Assembly (NCBI GenBank): GCA_027624955.1
Contig: JAQBTG010000002.1
Coordinates: 24,694 to 88,693, forward strand
From: Pseudomonadota bacterium
GTDB taxonomy: Bacteria; Pseudomonadota; Alphaproteobacteria; UBA828
Direction: 5' to 3'
DNA length: 64,000 nucleotides
The number at the start of each line of letters is the position of its first letter. Within the stretch, counting starts at the first letter, position 1. The position numbers and the translations under genes are program-made. The notes below the pieces were generated by a model that saw only the letters and a list, made by a program, of their open reading frames with translations, did no database searches and was not told the DNA's origin. This document shows, in pieces, positions 57,445 to 64,000 of the stretch.

Positions 57445-58278
57445 ATGATGAAACACAGAAAACTGGCCGCCACCACGGTGCTGGCTCTAATGATCGGCGC
57501 GGGAATTTCCACAGCAGCCATGGCCGATACGGCGGTCATCAAAATGAAATTCGATGAAGACAGCGGCGATCTTTATTTTGAGCCGGCCAAGGTCACTATC
57601 AATCCCGGCGATACCGTGGTCTGGCTGCAAGATGATGTCGACAACGAGCACAACGTGGCTGCCTATCCCAACCTCATTCCGGAAGGCGTGCAGCCCTTTG
57701 AAAGTCAGATGATGACGCGGGTAGGCGAAAGCTGGAGCATGACCTTCGACAAGGTAGGCAGCTATTTCTATCACTGCCATCCGCATGAGGCGGCGGGCAT
57801 GAAAGGGCTGATCGTGGTCGGTCGCGAATCTCTGCCGGAGGAATTCCGAAAAGCCAGAGCGGGTGATATGTCGCATGACCATGGCGACGGCGATATGGAC
57901 GACATGAAGCATGGCGATAAGGACGGCATGAAGCATGGCGACAAGGACGGCATGAAGCATGGTGACATGGACGACATGAAGCCTGGCGATAAGGACGGCA
58001 TGAAGCATGGTGACATGGACGGCATGAAGCATGACGACATGGACGGCATGAAGCATGACGACATGGACGGCATGAAGCATGGTGACATGGACGGCATGAA
58101 GCATGACGATAAGGACGGCATGAAGCATGACGACATGGACGGCATGAAGCATGACGACATGGACGGCATGAAGCACGGCGACGATGATGATCATCACCAA
58201 GATGGTGACAAAAAGGAGAACAAGATTATGGAGGATGGGCATGGCCACGATAATGACCATGGCGATCACCACGATTAG
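57445..58278 (+). CDS. Exported type-1 copper (cupredoxin: plastocyanin/pseudoazurin/amicyanin-like) protein with a C-terminal tail of 12 tandem 8-aa DGMKH(G/D)D(M/K) repeats.
   Basis: A signal peptide is present. The cupredoxin ligand pattern His...Cys-x2-His-x4-Met appears in FYHCHPHEAAGMKGLIVV. Residues from about 148 to 250 are a Met/His/Asp repeat array. Confidence 0.75.
   Translation: MMKHRKLAATTVLALMIGAGISTAAMADTAVIKMKFDEDSGDLYFEPAKVTINPGDTVVWLQDDVDNEHNVAAYPNLIPEGVQPFESQMMTRVGESWSMTFDKVGSYFYHCHPHEAAGMKGLIVVGRESLPEEFRKARAGDMSHDHGDGDMDDMKHGDKDGMKHGDKDGMKHGDMDDMKPGDKDGMKHGDMDGMKHDDMDGMKHDDMDGMKHGDMDGMKHDDKDGMKHDDMDGMKHDDMDGMKHGDDDDHHQDGDKKENKIMEDGHGHDNDHGDHHD
57886..58192 (+). repeat. 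24-bp tandem repeat array (about 12 units of gacggcatgaagcatgRcgaYaWg) encoding the DGMKHxDx repeats.
   Basis: Direct inspection shows highly regular 24-nt periodicity. The spurious minus-strand ORFs 57487-58296 and 57771-58169 are its reverse-frame translations (MLHAV / MPSMSSCF repeats). Confidence 0.9.
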
Positions 58279-58420
58279 GGCGCGCCGGACGGTCAAGGGC
58301 GCCTTCGGCTAGGCGCTCCGCATTAGAGAAGATAACTGTGAACGGCAATTTTTTTGACAGCGAGGTGGCGGAGCTAATCGCTCTATGCCCCGCACCGCCA
58401 GCGGCCTTGATTGATCGGCT

Positions 58421-59614
58421 TCAGCGCGGCCCCAGCAAACAATAGGTGTCCATCTTGCCTTTGCCTTTGATCTCGATCGTTCCGTTTGCGCTGAATAGGT
58501 ATTTGTCGCTTAGCGCGCGGTAGACGGTTTCCGTGACCTGGATGGTATCCGCCGCACCGCTTGATTCCATACGGCTCGCGACGTTCACCGTGTCGCCCCA
58601 CATATCGTAGGCGAATTTGTTTTTTCCGATGACGCCAGCGACGACCGGGCCGCTATGGATACCGATGCGGAGTGAAAAGGCCTCGCCGCTGTCCTTCTTT
58701 ATCTCGCTGATGGCCGATTGCATATCGAGCGCCAGATTGGCGATGGCCTCGGCGTGGTCCGGTCTTGGCTCCGGCACGCCGCCCGCTACCATATAGGCGT
58801 CTCCGATGGTTTTGATTTTCTCCAGACCGTGACGGATGGTGAGTTCATCAAAGCGAAAAAAGATCTCGTTGAGCTTGGTCACCAGTTGATCCGGGCGCAC
58901 GGTGCTCGAATACCCGGTGAAATCGACAATATCGGCGAAGAGCACGCTCGCATCGTCATATTCCTCGGCGATGACGCCGGGCCGCGACTTCAGAACCTGC
59001 GCAGTTTTTCGCGGAAGAATGTTCAACAGCAGGCCGTCGGCTTTGGCCCGTTCGCTGACGGCGCTGATCACGAAATAGCTGGCGAAAACAAAGACGATGA
59101 GCGACCAAATGCTCAAATTCATGAAGAAGAACAACACCCTCGTATCATCGGATACGGGATGGCCGTGCCTGATAAAAAAATCTTCGAAGGCAAACGAGAT
59201 AGCGATATTTACGAGATAAAGCAGCAGCCAGATGATTGACTGCTTCATTGAAAAAAACATCAACGCGATGATCGGGCCGCAGAACGCCCATAGAAGGACC
59301 AAACCGGAATCGAAAACGCTGCCGATGCTCCACTGGATCAGCGCGGTGATATAGATGATGCAGAGGATCTGGACATAAACCAACGGGCGATGCTTACGCG
59401 TGAAATGGCAGATAACGATTGTTGATCCGACAATCACGACAAAGGCGAAAGGCAGGAGCGAAACCAACCCGAAGCCAAAGATGATGTAGTACATTGCCGT
59501 CCAGGCAGTGCCCGCTAGGCAGCACGACGCGGCGACCAGAAAGATGGTGATTTTTTCCAGTCTGACGTCGTCGGTGTCATCGGGTGCGTAGGCGAAAAAG
59601 GTCTTCAGATTCAT
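58421..59614 (-). CDS. Membrane-anchored class III adenylate/guanylate cyclase. The start is probably the Met giving MNLKTFFAYAP...; the track ORF extends to 59854.
   Basis: A ~6-TM N-terminal domain is followed by a CYCc catalytic domain (VLFADIVDFTGYSS, KTIGDAYMVAGG, the metal-binding Asp residues, and the GDTVNVASRME transition-state region). GC is markedly lower, about 48-55%. Confidence 0.8.
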   Translation of the reverse strand: MNLKTFFAYAPDDTDDVRLEKITIFLVAASCCLAGTAWTAMYYIIFGFGLVSLLPFAFVVIVGSTIVICHFTRKHRPLVYVQILCIIYITALIQWSIGSVFDSGLVLLWAFCGPIIALMFFSMKQSIIWLLLYLVNIAISFAFEDFFIRHGHPVSDDTRVLFFFMNLSIWSLIVFVFASYFVISAVSERAKADGLLLNILPRKTAQVLKSRPGVIAEEYDDASVLFADIVDFTGYSSTVRPDQLVTKLNEIFFRFDELTIRHGLEKIKTIGDAYMVAGGVPEPRPDHAEAIANLALDMQSAISEIKKDSGEAFSLRIGIHSGPVVAGVIGKNKFAYDMWGDTVNVASRMESSGAADTIQVTETVYRALSDKYLFSANGTIEIKGKGKMDTYCLLGPR

Positions 59615-59769
59615 TCTGTTCGGCGCTCTGATGTGAAAGCCGGGCTGCGAATTTGAACGGCTGGCAGGGGCGGCGAACCGTAGCATGAACTGGCGGGCGG
59701 CAGAGAGCTGCTGGAGGAACGGTGACAAACAGCGCTTCGAGAGCGCCCAGTGCGGGGAGGCTGAGCAAT

Positions 59770-60486
59770 ATGGATGATTTTTATGTGGTTGCGACCGAGC
59801 CCGGCCATGTTCGGCACGACCTACCAGTTTGGGCCGGCAAGCGTGCTGGGGCAATCAAGTTCGATGCCGCATCCGGCCGCAAAGTCGAGCGGGCAGATAT
59901 CGCGGACGTGCCAGGCGCTTTTCAGCTCCTCGATGTCCTGAGCGTTGATGAGTGTGATCGCTTGGTCGAACTCAGTGATGCTCTCGGCTATCACGATGAC
60001 GCGCCGGTGTCGCTGCCGCGCAGCATTCTCCACACCAACAATTTCAATTGGGTGGTGGATGAAAGCGTCGACGGCCCAATCTGGGAACGTTGCAAAGATT
60101 TTGTCGCAGCATCCACCTACACCAGCCGGATAGCCTGCGGCCTCAACGGGCGTTTTAGATTTTACCGGTACCACCCGGGTGATTACTTTGCGCCACATAC
60201 GGACGGGGTGTGGCCTGGGAGCCGCGTCGTTGACGGGCGATTGGTCCATGACGCCTATGGCGATCGCATCAGCGAAATGACGTTCTTGATTTTCCTAACG
60301 GACGGATATGAGGGCGGGCGGACTCAGTTCCAGTCGCAACAGAACGCTGTTACCAGCGTCGCCACCCCGAAGGGCGCGGTCCTGTGCTTTCCGCATGGTA
60401 CGCATCCGCAGCACTGTGTTCATGCGGGCGAAGAAGTAACATCTGGGAAAAAGTACATCATACGCACCGACATATTGTTTGGTTGA
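59770..60486 (+). CDS. 2-oxoglutarate/Fe(II)-dependent oxygenase (prolyl-4-hydroxylase-like).
   Basis: About 238 aa. The facial triad is present: YHPGDYFAPHTDG (HxD) and a distal His in GTHPQHCVHAG. The start was chosen at MDDFYVV; the track ORF begins at 59722. Confidence 0.65.
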   Translation: MDDFYVVATEPGHVRHDLPVWAGKRAGAIKFDAASGRKVERADIADVPGAFQLLDVLSVDECDRLVELSDALGYHDDAPVSLPRSILHTNNFNWVVDESVDGPIWERCKDFVAASTYTSRIACGLNGRFRFYRYHPGDYFAPHTDGVWPGSRVVDGRLVHDAYGDRISEMTFLIFLTDGYEGGRTQFQSQQNAVTSVATPKGAVLCFPHGTHPQHCVHAGEEVTSGKKYIIRTDILFG

Positions 60487-60925
60487 AGAATAACACCAGC
60501 GAGAATTTCCAGTGCTCCGATCACTAACCCTGCACGTCCGTCCGGGGTCGCGAACAAACTCACCGTCGGCTCGTTCTGAGCCGGCGGTCGTTTCATCTGG
60601 GTTGGTAGAGCCGCAACGATTTTACAGCCGCTGCAGGCAAAAACCGAGGTCCAGAAGGCGATGAATTGCCACCGCCATGTGATCGTCCTACGATGGATTC
60701 AATGGCTTGCAAAACATCGGCGGTGGAACAATTGACCCGCAAACGCCATCGCGTCACAATTCGAAAAGAGGCAGCGCAAGACGTGATCAAGGCCATTTTA
60801 CGCGCCTCTATGAGAAACCTCATGCGGGTTTCTTTGTTGTTCGCGCCATCACCGCGCCGCTGGCCAAACGGTCGTGATACGCAAGCTAGGAATGGCCGCT
60901 CAAATGTTGGTCTCCACCCTCTGAT

Positions 60926-61693
60926 TTGGCGGCAGGGCGGTCCGGATTGACTGAGCAGCCCAAAGATTCTTGCCCCGCTTGCCTCTGTGGCGAATCCACA
61001 CCCTTTGCGATTCACGAGGGGATGGCGCTCGTCCGCTGCGGCGATTGCGGCGTCATCCACATGGACAGACTGCCTTCGCCGACGCAATTGGCGAGCCTGT
61101 ACGACGATGCCTATGACGGCGCGACGACGGGTTACTTCGCCAAAGTAGACTCAAAAATGCGCCGGTCCCTTCACCGTGTCCGTCAATTGCGGCGGCGGGT
61201 CAGCGGCGGCCGATTCCTTGATATCGGTTGCAGTGGCGGATTCATGGTGGAGGCGGCGCGGCTGCAAGGATTTGGAGCGCATGGCGTTGAGGTCGATCCT
61301 AAGTCGGTCGCCTATGCGCGCGAACATTACCCGGCCAACGCCTATTTTCATGGCACCGTACAGGCGTTCGCGGAATCGCACGGCGGCGAGCCACTTTTCG
61401 ACGCTGTGTACTGCAGCGAAGTGATCGAGCATGTGCCCGAATCGCGGTCTTTCGTTGCCGCCATTGCCGGTTTGATGCGGCCAGGAGCGGTCCTCTACAT
61501 CACGACGCCGGACATCAGCCACTGGCGCCGTCCCAAGGAACTGACGAATTGGGACGCTTTCTGCCCGCCCTCGCATTGCGTTTTTTTCAATCCAGCCAAC
61601 CTCACCAGGCTGCTCGCCGCGCACGACCTTGTCGTATTTAAACGCTTCATTTCTTTGAAGCCGGGGGTCAAGCTTTTGGCGCGAAAGTCATGA
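60926..61693 (+). CDS. Class I SAM-dependent methyltransferase with an N-terminal Cys4 zinc-ribbon. A TTG/alternative start is possible.
   Basis: CPACLCGES...CGDCGV (zinc ribbon) is followed by FLDIGCSGGF (SAM motif I, GxGxG-like) and an acidic motif II. Confidence 0.65.
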   Translation: MAAGRSGLTEQPKDSCPACLCGESTPFAIHEGMALVRCGDCGVIHMDRLPSPTQLASLYDDAYDGATTGYFAKVDSKMRRSLHRVRQLRRRVSGGRFLDIGCSGGFMVEAARLQGFGAHGVEVDPKSVAYAREHYPANAYFHGTVQAFAESHGGEPLFDAVYCSEVIEHVPESRSFVAAIAGLMRPGAVLYITTPDISHWRRPKELTNWDAFCPPSHCVFFNPANLTRLLAAHDLVVFKRFISLKPGVKLLARKS

Positions 61694-61942
61694 CCCTGAA
61701 ACCGTTGCAGGCTTAAGCAAAGGCCGCTCCTGCTCCGCGGCTTCCGCCGGATATTCGCGGCGCTGCTGGCCCGCTGGATCGCCCCCGGAAGGTTCGATCA
61801 TGCCCGTTCGGGTCCTTCAGCCGCTCTGTCCGACTTGCGATAGCCGGCGCGGTCGAGCGCAGCGTAAAATCCTAATCCGAAAACCTGACCGGCCCCGGTA
61901 CGGTTTGAACTGTACAAGGCCAATTTACCGGCTAGGCTCGCA

Positions 61943-62896
61943 ATGATGCAAAAGATACTAGTTACAGGCGCGTTGGGACAAATCGGTTCGGAACTGGTGC
62001 CGGCCCTGCGAGAGCGGTATGGGAGCGAGGCGGTCATCGCTTCGGGCATCCGCTTCAGGTCCATGGGCCCTGTTACGGAAGGCGGCATTTTTGAGATTCT
62101 AGATTGCACCAATGTCGATGACGTCGGCGCGATCGTTCAGAGACACAATATCGGCACGATCTATCACCTGGCCGCAATCATGTCGGCGGTCGGGGAGAAA
62201 CAACCGGAAGACGCCTGGGACCTTAATTTTGGCGCCTTCGCGAATGTCCTGAAAGTCGCCCGACAGCACCGGTGCGCCGTATTTTTTCCGAGTTCGATTG
62301 GCGCATTCGGTCCGACCACGCCGAGTCACAACACGCCTCAAGACACGTCGCAGCGTCCCACGACAATATATGGCGTCGCCAAAGTCGCGGGCGAATTGTT
62401 GAGCGACTATTACGCTGCCCGCTTCGACCTCGACACGAGAGGAATTCGATTGCCGGGCCTTATCTCCAGCGTGACATTGCCAGGCGGCGGTACCACGGAT
62501 TACGCGGTCGATATATTTTATCAGGCGGTGCGCGAGAAACGCTATACCTGCTTCCTGCGGGCCGATTCACGGCTCGATATGATGTACATGCCCGATGCGA
62601 TCAGCTCGATCACGCAATTGATGGAGGCCGACGCGAGCCGTTTGAGGCATCGCAATGCCTTTAACGTGACCGCCATCAGCATTACGCCAGCGGAGCTTGC
62701 CGCTGAAATCCAACGACACATTCCGGACTTTGTCATCGACTACGACGTCGACCCCTTGCGTCAGGCGATCGCCGATTCCTGGCCTGATTCGATGGACGAC
62801 AGTGCGGCGCGCGCGGAATGGGATTGGTCGCCCCGTTACGATCTCGCCGCTATGACCAGAGACATGCTTGAGAAAATCCGAACCAAGCTGACCTAG
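61943..62896 (+). CDS. tdh: NAD-dependent epimerase/dehydratase-family L-threonine 3-dehydrogenase (extended-SDR type).
   Basis: MMQKILVTGALGQIGSEL...IYHLAAIMSAVGEKQPEDAWDLNFGAFANVLKVAR...YGVAKVAGELL (catalytic YxxxK) resembles, by recall, SDR-type TDHs of Cupriavidus/Flavobacterium. Confidence 0.7.
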   Translation: MMQKILVTGALGQIGSELVPALRERYGSEAVIASGIRFRSMGPVTEGGIFEILDCTNVDDVGAIVQRHNIGTIYHLAAIMSAVGEKQPEDAWDLNFGAFANVLKVARQHRCAVFFPSSIGAFGPTTPSHNTPQDTSQRPTTIYGVAKVAGELLSDYYAARFDLDTRGIRLPGLISSVTLPGGGTTDYAVDIFYQAVREKRYTCFLRADSRLDMMYMPDAISSITQLMEADASRLRHRNAFNVTAISITPAELAAEIQRHIPDFVIDYDVDPLRQAIADSWPDSMDDSAARAEWDWSPRYDLAAMTRDMLEKIRTKLT

Positions 62897-63237
62897 CCGT
62901 CAGGCGCGCGGTGGCGCCGCCGCTTGGCCGCCGGCACTTTCTCTGTTTGGCAGATTTCTGTCACACCGGAATCCCCGAGATGACTCCCTTTGTTCAACGG
63001 CATTGCCGGCCCACAAAGCCGGCCGATCTGGCACCTTAGGTCAGGCAGTCGGTGACTTCGCGCCCCGCCGCTTGGCCGGGAAAATATGTCGCCATCGCCT
63101 GGGTAGACAGTGTTAACATACGGCGGTAAAGTCCAGAATCTCTGAAGGCATGGCGGCGCCAACAGGCGCACGGACTGACGCCCGACGTATCGGGTTGTGA
63201 ATTTTTGCCGAGGACCAGAAAGAACTATCACGTGTCC

Positions 63238-64000
63238 ATGAACACAATTCCCCTCCGCTCCTGGGTTACGGGTCGAATGTCGATTGCGCCATCGACGTCG
63301 CAGGCCGTCGAGCAGCGCGTGTCGTCGCTGGTCTTGTTGGTTGGCAGTTTGGTAAGCGCCACAGGCGCCGGCCTCGGAATTCTCGCCGCGTCCTGGTCGC
63401 CCGAGCAGGCAATGCCCTTTGATATGGTGACGATGCCCACGGCGACGGTGCTGTTTTCCTCAATATTTCTCGCCATCCTTGTCACGGGCAACCGCTATAA
63501 CCGCCAAATTGCCTATGTTTGGGTCGCCTTTTCAGGACTGTTCAACCTGATCGCGGTCGCCGATGCGTTGTTTGTTTCGCCCTCGCCAAATCTGGTTTTC
63601 TATCTTCTGTGGATTCCGCTCTATTACATATTCCTCAGCTTCGTCTTAAACGGTCGCCAAGCATTCTTTGTCGGTTGGGGCTGTTTTCTCGCCGTTGTGC
63701 TGATGTTCCTGGTGTATGGCCTAACGGGACCTGGCGCCGATCTTGACGGACGCGAGTTCAATTTGCTCGTTCAATCAGCCGCCACACAGGGCGGCACGTT
63801 GGGTTTGATGTATTTCTTCCGTGTCTATCGCGAGCGCTTTCACCATGAATCGGAGCGTAGTTCGGAATATCGAAAAATAGCAGCGGAACTGGAAGCCGCG
63901 GTGCAGCGCGAGCAGGCGACGCATCAGCAGGTAGAAATCGCCAACCAAGCCAAAATTCAATTTCTCGCCGGCATGAGCCATGAATTGCGCATGCCGCTGA
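63238..64000 (+). CDS. Sensor histidine kinase, 5' portion (membrane domain plus the start of the HisKA domain). It runs off the window end.
   Basis: Checked codon by codon, the ORF runs open from the ATG at 63238 to position 64000. Several TM helices are followed by a coiled region and the H-box FLAGMSHELRMPL at the window end. It is not in the ORF track because it has no stop. Confidence 0.75.
   Translation, partial: MNTIPLRSWVTGRMSIAPSTSQAVEQRVSSLVLLVGSLVSATGAGLGILAASWSPEQAMPFDMVTMPTATVLFSSIFLAILVTGNRYNRQIAYVWVAFSGLFNLIAVADALFVSPSPNLVFYLLWIPLYYIFLSFVLNGRQAFFVGWGCFLAVVLMFLVYGLTGPGADLDGREFNLLVQSAATQGGTLGLMYFFRVYRERFHHESERSSEYRKIAAELEAAVQREQATHQQVEIANQAKIQFLAGMSHELRMPL

Overview
The window reads as a high-GC (about 62-65%) proteobacterial, probably alphaproteobacterial, accessory/catabolic region with about 60 protein-coding genes. 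No rRNA, tRNA, CRISPR, integrase or transposase was found.

Gene content, left to right:
- 1-5106, minus strand: N-terminal part of a soluble di-iron monooxygenase (SDIMO) alpha subunit (TmoA/TouA-like), with a 24-bp x3.3 tandem repeat in its upstream intergenic region, followed by a hydantoinase B / hydantoinase A (oxoprolinase-like) pair.
- 5369-6118: an SDR family oxidoreductase.
- About 6.4-12.0 kb: a lower-GC block carrying nhaR, nhaA, a truncated hflK 5' fragment and a KefB-like CPA2 antiporter. It is bracketed by imperfect ~58-bp direct repeats.
- 11986-23570: a dense plus-strand cluster of a 1284-aa fused HyuA-HyuB (5-oxoprolinase-like) protein, a class III aminotransferase, a BKACE (3-keto-5-aminohexanoate cleavage) family enzyme, a second HyuB/HyuA pair, a ketopantoate-reductase-family reductase and an ABM monooxygenase.
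- 24951-29807, minus strand: a five-gene operon of a DUF1704/QEGLA protein carrying an HExxH motif, a stand-alone class II glutamine amidotransferase, a VOC protein, a PNPOx-FNR fusion and DUF1348.
- Onward: a lower-GC cupin / deazaflavin-type nitroreductase-family / SDR segment, a SulP transporter and another SDR.
- A Tat-signal phosphotriesterase-like gene interrupted by one in-frame TAG, and a GntR regulator.
- An AmnB/AmnA-like two-subunit LigB extradiol dioxygenase, then formamidase, an AHL-lactonase-like MBL and an NADPH oxidoreductase.
- SRPBCC and NTF2-like proteins, a DMT transporter, an SDR, and a sensor kinase with no response regulator in the window.
- A Rieske dioxygenase alpha/beta pair plus Zn-ADH, isochorismatase, acyl-CoA dehydrogenase and two GSTs.
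- A periplasmic copper-type cluster: His-rich protein, Tat two-domain multicopper oxidase, outer-membrane beta-barrel, Met/His-rich protein, and a cupredoxin with a 12x (DGMKHxDx) repeat tail.
- A low-GC membrane class III nucleotidyl cyclase, a P4H-like 2OG oxygenase, a Zn-ribbon methyltransferase, SDR-type L-threonine dehydrogenase, and the start of a second histidine kinase.

The most interesting candidates for an undescribed system are the hydantoinase / aminotransferase / BKACE locus (possibly ATP-dependent cyclic-amide opening, then transamination, then beta-keto-acid cleavage), the QEGLA-GATase operon, and the copper cluster with the repeat-tailed cupredoxin.
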